Source: Octopus sinensis | Lineage: Eukaryota | Assembly: GCF_006345805.1 (NCBI RefSeq) | Contig: NC_043010.1 | Location: 17,174,001 to 17,238,000, forward strand | Length of the DNA stretch: 64,000 bases | Direction: 5' to 3' | In this document: one piece after another, positions 15,401 through 27,700 of the stretch | Layout: each line of letters begins with the position of its first letter | Position numbering within the stretch: position 1 is the stretch's first letter | Notes under the pieces: generated by a model | The model's input: the letters and a program-made list of their open reading frames with translations, nothing else | What the model was told of the DNA's origin: nothing | The model's database searches: none | Position numbers and translations under genes: made by a program

Positions 15401-18068
15401 TGTGTCACACAAGCAACCCACCCACAAACGATACGAAACTCGATTATCAATACCATATCATCTATCATCATGAGTGTTAATCATAACCAACCGTAACTCT
15501 ATTTGTATTATTATTCCACCGAGGTCAACTTTGCTTTTCATCCTTTCGGGGTCGATAAATTAAGTACCAGTGAAACACTGGGGGTCGATGTAACCGACTT
15601 ACTCCCTCCCCCAAAATTGCTGTCTTTGTGGAAAAATCTGAAACTATTATTATTATTATTATTATTATTATCAAGACATTTTGCTGGTAATACCTAGATT
15701 GCTCTACTTGGCTTATTTGATTGACCTAATTTGAGAAACACAATAGAACTGAAGTGAAACTTTCTGTAAAGACATAGGAAGTGGGGAGGGTCAGATAGTA
15801 ACACAAATATTACAATTACAATTAATAATCGAAATATCATAATTGCAATTTATAATTAGAATAGATCCAGAATGGATGGCTGAATATTTGTGGTAACTTA
15901 GTTGTAACAAAAGATTCCTGAGGTAAGGAATGCAACAGGAGGAGGTGGGGGATGCTTCAATAAAATCTTGTAATCATGATTTAGCAATTTTTTCCGATAA
16001 ACTCGAGTGTGCTGATGTGGTTCACTTTTATAACGAGGGAAGCAAACGCAGGTTCAATCTCCTCCCACAGTTGGCAAGTATTTTTTAACCTCAGGTCAAC
16101 AAGAGGATTTTGAGTACAATTGCAAGGGAACAGGGCATAAATCCATCAAATGGACCCTACCTATTCTTAGCTGGTTATCAGGTTTAATACTACTGTCTGG
16201 ACATTGGGTATTTGTAGCAGAGTCCACTATGTTGTGAAGAAATCCCTAATCCAAGAATATTCAACATCTTTCTCCCTTTCTCTCACCAGTCTTAGAGACC
16301 CTGTAAAAAGGGATCAGTGAGACTGGTGAGGTCATATAAAAAAAAAAAAAAATTCATAAGTAACAAATGGTCAGTGAGCACCAATACCTGATGGTGATCC
16401 TGTATAGATAACATGGCTAAAACAACATCCCTTTCTCTTGGTGGCCAGAAAATATAGCTTTTATCAAATGCTGAGTCTCTCTAATATAATACACAATGGA
16501 GCCCTGCTTCCACAGCAGAGTCTATTCTGCTGACAGAAGCGCAAATATCCTCAATCACATTAAAAAAAAAGCCATCCAATCAAATGACAAAGGCTCACCA
16601 AAATACCTATTTCTTTACTACCCCCAAGGAGCTAAACACAGAGAGGACAAACAAGGAGAGACAAAGAGATTAAGTCGATTACATCAACCCCAGTGCATAA
16701 CTGGTACTTAATTTATCAACCCCGAAAGGATGAAAGGCAAAGTCGACCTCGGCAGAATTTGAACTCAGAATGTAACAGCAAATGAAATACAGCTACGCAT
16801 TTAAGGTTCACCAAAATACCACAACCATAATCTCACAAACACCCTCACTCTGTGTGTGTGTGTCTCTCTTTCAATCTCTCTCTCTCTCTCTCTCTCTTGC
16901 ACTATCTCCCTCTCTTTTATTGTTGCTACATCGACCTTTGCATACAAGTTCCACTTGAAATCTCTTCTACTCAGAATCATTCAACATACTTTGATAGTTT
17001 GCTTCCTCTTACCGTGTTGTCGAGAACAACTTGCCACCAATGTTCAATGTAAGCCATTCATTTCGGTCAGCAGGCACCAACTTTGTTCGTTGTTTCTCTT
17101 TAGCAGCCACAGTCGGTGCAACTGAGACGCTGGCATGATGTGATGTACGGGTACTGAGATAAGCTGCAAAGGTGGACAAGGAAAAAATATTATGGACAAT
17201 TAAACAGTTATTTCCAGTACCATCTCAAAGCATGGGCACACTGTATAGTTGCCCAGGAGCTTCACAGGGCGAGGGGTCCAATTCTGATCTCTGACTTAGT
17301 GTAATGATTTGCCCAAGGGTCTATATTACGGTTAAGATGTCTCTGGTCATCTCATGTAGTAGGATCGCTAATGGTAAAAGATAAGTTAAGCTAGTGTCCT
17401 AATTACACTCATTAAGAAACAAGATCATATTGTAGCTGTTCACTAACTTTAATTACATTTCGCTGCCATATGTAGGTCAATTTTGGTTGACATGAAAGTT
17501 TTGTCTTGTGTTCTTGTTGTTTTAGAGGTTATAAAAAATATTTTATTGTCCAGACACCATTGAAGACGATTGTGTTGAAGTAGTTCAATGATGTGCTTCT
17601 GTAGAGTACGACAGCCTGGCAGACAATAAAATTCTCCAGCCTCTCCAAGTTTATTCAATGAAGAAGGCCAAACTCATCACAACAACCTAATAGAGACAGG
17701 TTTAACATTCAACAATTATACAATGATCCAACTTGCTACTTCAACGATAACTCTTCATGACATTTATTTACAGGGCCACAGAGGGCTCGGTGGAGCAGTA
17801 ACGGGCTGTATTCGATAATTCCAATTCTTACTTGTCCTTCATCTATTAGCCAGGAGGGAAAATAAAACAAATCGCTTGTTACGGAGAAACAAAGAATTGT
17901 CTCAGCTACTGTCAGCAGGATTGAAGTTGCGCCTTTGGTTACAGAAGACGAAAACGGAAAGAAAAATACTCACGCTTAAATGGTTCACCATCAGACACGT
18001 AAAGAACATCATCATCTCTACAAAGAATTAAAAGGGGAAGGTTAAAGAAAGAATATAGAGATGAATAA

Positions 18069-18102
<34 letters not shown>

Positions 18103-19115
18103 ATTTATTTAGATTATGCTAGTATGGTCATGTGATGCATATGGATGAGGACAGCTGCATGAAGAAGTGCTAATCTCTAACTGTGGAGGGAACCTGTGGA
18201 AGTGGTGGACCCAGGAAGACATGGGGCAAGGTGGTGAAGCATGATCTTCTGTGGCATCTCACAGGGGCAATGACAAGTGATCGTGACCACCGTGGGCAAT
18301 TTGCTGAGCTTGAGAAGACTCATCAAGCCAAGTGAAATCGCAGTTGCGTCCAGTGCTGGTGGCACATAACAGCATCCACACCAGGGACACGTAAAAGTAC
18401 CCGTGCCAGTGACATGTTATAAGGACCCACCACACTCTCGGACAGGTTGGTGTCAGGAAGAGCATCCAGCCATAGAAACCAAACCAAAGTCAGACTAGAT
18501 CCTGGTGCAGCTCTCTCACTTGCCAATTCCAGTCAAACTGTCTAACCCATACCAGCATGGACAACAGGCGTTAAATGATGATGATGATGATGATAAACTT
18601 TAAGAATGTTGGTGTGCATTCATGTTTATGTGTATGTGTATATAAATGTGTGTGTGTGTGCATGTGTTCATCATCAGCAGCAGCAGACTCATGCTTGCAT
18701 GGTTGAACAAGGTTTATTGTGACACATTTTCTATGGTTGGATGCCCTTCCCATAGTCAACCCTTATCTGTTTCCAATCAAGATAATATCTCTCCAGTCAT
18801 GCTTTCACACAATGCTGGAAAAGAAGGACATTGCTTGTGTGATGGTGAGACTCGTTTACGACTGTCACTTGAGGGAGGCAGTAACATACACAAAGAAATA
18901 CACACATGCATTCAAACAGACATACACACCAACGTGTGTGTGTGTGTGTGTGTATATATACATATACATATACGATGGGCTTCTTTCAGTTTCCATCTAC
19001 CAAATCCACTCACAAGGCTTTGGTTGGTCCAGGGCTGTAGTAGGTGGCATTCTATGGGATTGAACCTGGAACAATGTGGTTGGGAAGTAAAAGTTTTTGC
19101 ACAAAGCCATGCCTG

Positions 19116-19146
<31 letters not shown>

Positions 19147-19287
19147 ACACACACATATATATATATACACACACACACACACATACACACACACATATAT
19201 ATATACACACACACACACACACATATATATACACACACACACATATATATACACACACACACACACATACACACACACACACACACA

Positions 19288-19340
<53 letters not shown>

Positions 19341-21716
19341 GTGCGTATATATATATATATCTTTATATATATATATATAAAATGTTTGCGTTATGAGATA
19401 AAAAACCATGGTTGTGTAGATATTAGAACATTTATCTATAAATGCTCTAATATCTACACAGCCTTGGTTTTTTTATCTTATTACTCAAAAAATTCATATA
19501 TACACATGCTGGCATAGAACCAACATTGAACCCTTTATTTGCAATATTATCGAATCTGGAACTTAACTATGGTCTGTCTATTGCACTTATTCAGCATTAC
19601 CAGACACCTTTGGGTCTCAATGACACCATTACCTCTTATAACCTCTTCATTGGACACTAAACTCTGCTTGTGAAGACTTGTTGAGGCAATCAAAATCGAA
19701 ATCAAATTCGATGACTGGCATCAGTGCTAGTGGAGTGCTAAGAGTACCATACGAGTGAGATTGTGGCCAGAGCAACAAGCCGGTGGCATGTTAAAAACAC
19801 CATTCGAATGTGAGCGTTACCTGCGTCGCCTTGCTAGCACTTGTGCTGGTGACACGTAAAAAATATTCAAGCGAGGTCATTGCCAGTACCGCTGGACTGA
19901 CTCCTGTGCAGGTGGCACATAAAAAGCACCATTTGAGCATGGCCGTTGCCAGTACCGCCTGACTGGCCCTCGTGCCAGTGGCACGTAAAAGCACCTACTA
20001 CACTCTCGGAGTGGTTGGCGTTAGGAAGGGCATCCAGCTGTAGAAACTCTGCCAGATCAGATTGGAGCCTTGTGCAGCCATCTGGTTCGCCAGACCTCAG
20101 CCAAATCGTCCAACTCATGTTAGCATGGAAAGCAGACGTTAAACGATGATGATGATGTGTGTATATATATATATATATTGACCTCACGAGTACTGATGCC
20201 ATGTAAAAGGCATCCAGTCCACTCTGTAAAGTATTTGGCATTAGGAAGGATATCCAGCTGTAAAAATCCTGCCAAAGCAGAGAGTAGAGCTTGGTGCAAT
20301 ACTCTGGTTACCCCCCTCCTTTCAAACTGTCCAACCCATGCCAACATGAAAGAAATGATGAAGATGAAGATGATGATACATGTATATATTTCTACACACA
20401 CACACACACACACACACCAGCGTTCTTAAGTTCTTACTAAATCCACTGAAAAGGCTTTGGTTGGCCTAGGGCTGAAGTAGAAGACAGTTGCCCCCATCCC
20501 ACCCCCACCCAAAGTGCCATGCAGTGGGAATGAACACAAAGCCACCATGTGCTTACTAAGTAAAATTCTTAACACAAAGCTAACACTGTACCTATGCTGC
20601 TTGCCTCCTGCCTATATTTTCATGATCATCATTTAACATCCAATTTTCCATGCTGGTATGGGTCAGACAGAATTTGTTGAGGCAAATTTTCTATGGCTGG
20701 ATGCCCTTCCTGTTGTCCACCCTCACCTGTTTCCAAGTAATGGTGATACTTCCCAAAGGCCAGACATGTTTTCATGGAAGATTGGGAATAAGCAATACCA
20801 CCTGTATGAGGGTGACATTCATTTACTGAATGTCAAAATGAAGAGACACAAACCACACACACGCACACACACATTTTCAGCTTCTGTCTGCCAAATCCGC
20901 TCACAAAGCTCTGATAAACCTATAATAGAAAACAGCTGCCCAAGGTGCCAAGCAGTGGGTCTAAACCCAATACCATTTGGAAGTGAACTTCTTAATCCCA
21001 CAGCCATCCCAGCACCCATGTGTGTGTATGTGTATGTGTAGTGTGTGCACACACAAATTTATGCAAACACAAGCACACTCACACATATATATTAAGATCA
21101 ATATCTGACCTGATTAACTTTATGTCATCAATGAGGCCTCCTTGTGGAGTGTAGAGTGATCGGGCTGTTATACCCAACTTCCTGCCAGCTTCCAGGAGGA
21201 TCTCATCCAAGCTCTTCCCCAAACCAATCACCTGAAAAAAAAAACGGAAAAAAACACAAGTTCAAAGATCAATTCAAATTAGAATTTCTAATTTAGATAC
21301 AAAGCCATCAATCTCGGGGGATTAACCCCTCCCCCCCAGCTAACCAAAAGGTTGGATCGTTTTTTGAGAGGTTTGGACTCAGAGTATACAAATGCCAGAA
21401 TGAATATCTCAAAGTGTTTACCTGATCTTCTACTGACTCATTTCAAATAATCATTTTGAATCATAAACACAATGCCTAATAATATTCATTTTAAATTTTG
21501 GCACAAGGCCAGCAATTTTGGCACAAAATCAGCAAGTTGATTTCATTGACCTCAGTGTCTAACAGGTACTTATTTTATCAACTCCACTACGACCACCACC
21601 ACCAAAAGAAAAGATAAAAGATAAAGTTGACCTTGGCAAAATTTGAACTCAGAACCTAAGTCAGATGAAATGCTGCTAAGCATTCGGCCCAGGGCAGTAA
21701 TAATTCTTACATAAGC

Positions 21717-21752
<36 letters not shown>

Positions 21753-24700
21753 TAATAATAATAATAATCTGTGGAAATTATGACCTAGAAATATCAAGGA
21801 CATGGTCTGACCAAATCCCTGAGGGAGTTAATGAGAATGAAGATTGCAAAATCCTGATTCAGTTTGACCATCAGATCAGACATTGGAAACGCGACATTGT
21901 TGTGGTGAACAAAAAGGAAGGAACTTGCGTGAGAATCAACAAAGCATGTCCGGCTGACAACACGATCGAAGAGAAAGAAAAATCATCATCATCACTTCCA
22001 CTCTCTTCATTGACCACAACCTGAATTCGTCATGGTTGTTTCCTTTTGATTTTTCTTTCTCTTCGATCGTGTTGTCAGCCGGACATGCTTTGTTGATTCT
22101 TACGCAAGTTTAACGTCTGCTTTCCATGCTAGCATGGGTTGGACGGTTTTGACTGAGGGCTGGCAACCAGATGGCTGCACCAGGCTCCAGTCTTGATTTG
22201 GCAGAGTTTCTACAGCTGGATGCCCTTCCTAATGCCAACCACTCCAAGAGTGTAGTGGCAATGTCCTCGCTCGAATCTTTTACACGTGCCACCAATACAG
22301 GTGCCAATGAAGCGACGTTGGTAACGATCACACTCGAATGGTGCCCTTTTTACGTGCCACAGGTACAGAAGCCAGTTGGGTACTCTGGCAACGATCACAA
22401 CGATCCCACTCAGATGGTGTTCTTGGCACCCTACTAGCACAGGCATAAGTGCCAGTAAGGCGATGCTGGTAACGATCATACTCGAATAGCCTCTCTGTCA
22501 ACGATCACACTTGTATGGTGCTCTTTGCACCCCGCTAGCACGGATGCCAGTCATCGAAATGATTTTGATTTAATTTTGATTTAATTTTGATTACACTTGC
22601 CACCAATAGTAATTGGTGCACTCAGCTACCAACATGGCTGGAAAAATTCGGTGCAAGTGTGAAGGTAGAACACCTACAAAACCCAGCAAGAATTCTTCGC
22701 AGGGTTCTTGAAGCATGACCAGTAAACAAGTGTCACCTTAATCTGCTGGCTGTGGACAGTTGATGCTTTCCATCATACTCAGCAAAATAACTTGTTTTTG
22801 TCAAATAATAATGGTTTTAAATCTTGACACACAGCCAGCAATTTCGGAGGGGGGGGAGTCAATTACATTGACCCTAGTGCAAAACTGTTACTTGTTTCAT
22901 TGACCCTGAAAGGATGAAAGGCAAAGTCAACCTCAGCAGCATTTGAACTCACAATGTAAAGATGAAATACCGCAAAGAATCTTAATAATAATAATAATAA
23001 TAATAACAATAATCCTTTCTAGTAAAGATACAAGGCCCCAAAATTTGTGGGAAGGGTGCTTATTTTTTCGACCCTGAAAGGATGAAAAGCAAAGTTGGCC
23101 TCAGCAGAATTTGAACTCAGAAAGTAAAGGTGGATGAAATGCCCCCAAGCATTTTGGCCAGCACGCTAACCATTCTGAGAGTTCACCTTAACAACAACAA
23201 CACTGTGTAACATGATTTCTGTCCTTGGACAGCAACTATTACTTCCTGTTTGCTTACTCCTAGAAAGTATGAAAAATGGCTAATATTTCCTTCAGACTTT
23301 GCTTTTGTCACATTTATTCAAACCCCAAAGAATCTCTCTCCTCAACGCATGGTTACGATGCTCCCACCCACTACTCCTGCTCATAATTACAGATGCACAC
23401 ATTGTCAGCCACAAAGAGACAAGCTCAAGTGGTTAAGGTCAAGCAACTGACAAACAAATCTGTGGTACTGAACAGAATATTTGCTATAATGATATTTCTA
23501 CTTGAGCAACTCAGCACTGAATTTGTCTGAAATGTAATGGAAAATAGGTCAGGTTACAAAAGAAAAGTTTGAAGGAAATAATAGTCATTTTTATTTCGAT
23601 TTCTAGATAGAAGCAAATACAAAATAACACTTACTGACCAAAGATTAAAACAAATAAAAATTTTGCTCCACTGTAATCTCTATATATATAAAGCTGAAGT
23701 TGTCTGTGTATGGCAGGTTTGGTAGCCTTCAACTAACACTATCTTCTCCGAGACCCTGCAGCGCAAGTTGACCAAAATTGAGAGTATGATAGAAGAAGGC
23801 TTGCTCTTCCTTCCATAGAAGAAAAAATTCAAATCGGACCATGTTGACACCAAAAATTGTTTACATCAAAAAGGTGCTTTTTTTCAATGAAAATCCCTAT
23901 TTTTTATGATTTTTTGACTGCTGTGTCACCATTTTTCGGTGTATTTCAACCAGAAAAATGTTCACTTAAAGAGAATAACAAGCTACATAGTGCAAAATTT
24001 TTACTTTTCAAAACTTCCAATTCTAAAGGGTTGAAACAAACCCGAGCAATGCCGGGCAATATTGCTAGTAATAACTATTTCTAATTTAGGCATGAAGCCA
24101 GCAATGTTTGTGTGAAGGGCTTTAGTTAATTTCATGAACCCCCCCACCACCTCATGACTGATACTTTATTCAACCAATCCCAGAAGAATGGAAAGAAAAA
24201 TTGAGCTAGATGGGATTCAAACTTGGAATGTAAAGAGCTGGGACAAATGCTGCAAGACATTGATTCTGCCCCTGCTCAGACACGATCAAGCTGACTCTCA
24301 CAGACAACAATCTATGAAACAAAATATTGGTGATGGTAATAAATAAGTTCCATAACCTCCAAAGAATCTGTGGACAAAATCTGAGGAAAAAAACTGTGGG
24401 AAAAAGAAAAAAGAATAATAGTAAGGACTGACCCAAAGAATATTTTACATTGAGAATTACTAAAAGAAAGTAAAATTATATTTTTTTCAAAGGAGATAAC
24501 TCTCCAGCATGGAAGACATCAAACCAGTGGTTCCCAACTTTTTCACTATCAAAGACCCCTTTTATTTAAATGAGTTTTCCCACAGACCCCTTTTAATATA
24601 CTTGTCCTTATGTGTGTGCATATATATATGAAATTTTGAATTTAGTTCCTGGACCCCCAGTACTACCTTTGCAGACCACCAGGGGTCCAGACCACAGGTT

Positions 24701-27700
24701 GGGAACCACTGTGTTAAACGATGATGATGATGATCATCATCATCGTCGTCATCCTCTTATTTTTTAATTATCTGTGAGATTAATTAGGCTACTTTTTTAT
24801 TGTTTAATTAGGTTCTATTACCTGAGTTAAGTATCATTATAATTTAATAACCTCCCCAAAGCCCAAACAATGTAAAATAAATTTTACCTAAAGGTGAATT
24901 TTTCAACAGCTTACAACTAAAAGTTTAGAAAAACACAGATTTTTCTGAACACCTATAAGCACCAACCTTGCTAGAGATAACAGGCAATGTCCATCATCAT
25001 AAACAAAACCAACTTCTCATCCTTTTGGAGGAGTTGATGAAATAAATCATCGTTTAACGTCAGCCTTCCATGCTAGCATGGGCTGGACGATTTGACTGAG
25101 GACTGGCGAACCTGATGGCTGCACCAGGCTCCAATCTGATCAGGCAGAGTTTCTACAGCTGGATGCCCTTCCTAACGCCAACCTCTCCGAGAGTGTAGTG
25201 GGTGCTTTTATGTGCCACCGGCACGAGGGCCAGTTAGTGGGTACTGACAACGGTAACGCTCAAATAATGTTTTTTACGTGCCACCTGCACAGGAGTCAGT
25301 CCAGCAGCACTGACAACGACCTCGCTTGAATGTTTTTTCACATGCCACTGGCACAAGTGCTAGTAAAGTGACGCTGGTAACGATCACGCTCGAATGATGC
25401 TTTTTACATACCACCAGCATGGAAGTCAGTTAGCTGCTCTGGCAATGATCATGCTTGGATGGTGCTCTTTGCACTCCACTAGCATGGATGCCAGTCATCG
25501 AATTTGATTTAGATTTCGATTTCACTTGCCTCAATAGGTTTTCGTAAGCAGAGTTTAGTGTCCAATGAAGGAAACGTATGCATAAGTGGGCTGGTTACAC
25601 CCCTGGCATAGGTCTCAAGGTTATGGTCTCACTTGGCTTGCCGGGTCTTCTCAAGCACAGCATATTTTCAAAGGTCTCAGTCACTAATCATTGCCTCGGT
25701 GAGGCCAAATGTTTGAAGGTCATGCTTCACCACCTCGTCCCAGGTCTTCCTGGATCTACCTCTTCCACAGATTCCCTCAACCGCTAGGGTGTGGCACTTT
25801 TTCACACAGCTATCTTCATCCTTTTTCACCACATAACTGTAGCAGTGCAGACATCACTCTTGTACACCACATCTGATGCTTTTTAGGCCCAACTTTTCTC
25901 TCAAGGTACTGACACTCTGCCGTGTATGCACACTGACATTACACATCCATCGGAGCATACTGGCTTCATTTCTTGCGTGCTTACACATGACCTCAGTAGT
26001 CATGGCCCATGTTTCACTGCCATGTAGCATGGCTGTTCTTACACATGCGTCATACACTCTACCTTTTACTCTGAGCTAGAGGCCCTTTGTCACCAGCAGA
26101 GGTAAGAGCTCTCTGAACTTATCTCAGGCTATTCTTCTTCTAGCAGCTACACCTTCAGTGCACCTTCCCCTGCTACTGACTTGGTTACCTAGGTAATGGA
26201 AGCTATCAACTACTTCTAATTTTTTTTCATGGAATGTGGTGGAAGTTGTTCTCTGCACATTTTCAGTGTTTATTGCTCCTGAGAATCTGCCACATACAAA
26301 AACTATCTTCCCAGTTAGCTTTCCTTTGATATTGCTGCACCTCTTACATGTCCATAGCTTACACTGGGTACAAGTTATAGAGTTTCTACCTACACCTTTT
26401 CTACAGATCGAGCAGGGCCAACTACCTGAAGGGATTTGTGGTTTGTCTGCCTTCCTACTTATTAGGACTTTGGTTTTAGCTAGGTTGACTCTAAGGCCCT
26501 TCAATTCTAACCCTTGTTTCCACACCTGAAACTTCTCAAGTTCTGAGAGTGACTCAGCAATTAGAGCAAGGTCGTCAGCATAGAGGAGCTTCCAGGGGCA
26601 TCCTGTCTTGAATTCCTCCATTATTGTCTGGAGGACTATGATAAATAGGAGGGGGCTGAGGACTGAACCTTGGTGGACCCCCACCTCTACCCAGAATTCT
26701 TCGCTGTTCTCATTGCCAACCCTCACCTCACTGACAGCATCCCTGTACATGGCTTGCACAGCTCTCACTAACCATTCATCTATCCCTAGTTTCCTCATTG
26801 ACCATCAGATAAGGGATCGGGGGACCCTGTCAAAGGCTTTCTCCATGTCAACGAAAGCCAGGTACAGGGGCTTATCTTTGGCTAGGTATTTCTCCTGCAG
26901 CTGTCTTACCAGAAATATGGCATCAGTGGTGCTTTTCCCTGGCACAAACTTAAACTGCATCTCATCTGAACTGACTCTCTCTCTAATTAGTTGGGCTATG
27001 ACCCTCTCCGTAACCTTCATTACCTGATCCAACAGCTTGATACCTCTGTAATTATTTGTACCTAAAGCGTCACCTTTACCTTTGTAGCAGTTGACTATGG
27101 CGCTGCTACACCAGTCATTGAATATGACTCTTTCGTGTATCACCTCGTTAACTATACAGGTGACTAGGCTATAGCCGACACTGCCAGATATTTTGAGCAT
27201 CTCTGCAATGATATCTGATGGGCTGGGGGCTTTCCCTGTCTGCATACTCTTAATTGCTTTATCTACCAAGGTACTGTCAACTCAGATAGCTGGTTCCTCT
27301 GTTGGGTCAACATTCGGCAGACTCTCTTTCTCCCATTCATTCTCTTTATTGAGCAACCTTTCATAGTGGCATCTCCAAACCTCTCTCTTTGCAGCCTCGT
27401 TTGGTGCAAGTGAACCATCATCCATGCGGACACATTTTTCTCTTACAACATCACGATTCTCTCTCACACACTGTCTTGCAACATGAAATACCTCAAGTCT
27501 TTGGTCCTCACGGTGCAGAACATTGGCAAATTTTTTCTTATCTGCTTCCCCTCTGGCTAAATAAACCTGCCTCCTAGCTTCCCTTCTGGCAGTCTGATAC
27601 ACTTCCCTGCTACCACCATTCTTCCAGTTTTTCCAAGCCTGTTTCTTTTCTCTAATAACCTCTGTCAACAACATTGTTCCACAACCACGTTATTTGGGGT

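Noticed and set aside
17831-17841. Possible 11-nt microexon (ctaatag|ATGAAGGACAA|gtaaga) between KCTD9 exons 3 and 4
   Set aside because: It would shift the frame, the neighbouring putative intron is only 26 nt, and exons 3 and 4 already join in frame. It cannot be supported without RNA data.
18646-19517. Several long ORFs rich in Y/I/H/T/C/V
   Set aside because: They are translations of (TA)n/(CA)n microsatellites; the same applies to similar ORFs near 6250, 12000, 40200, 53060 and 59900.
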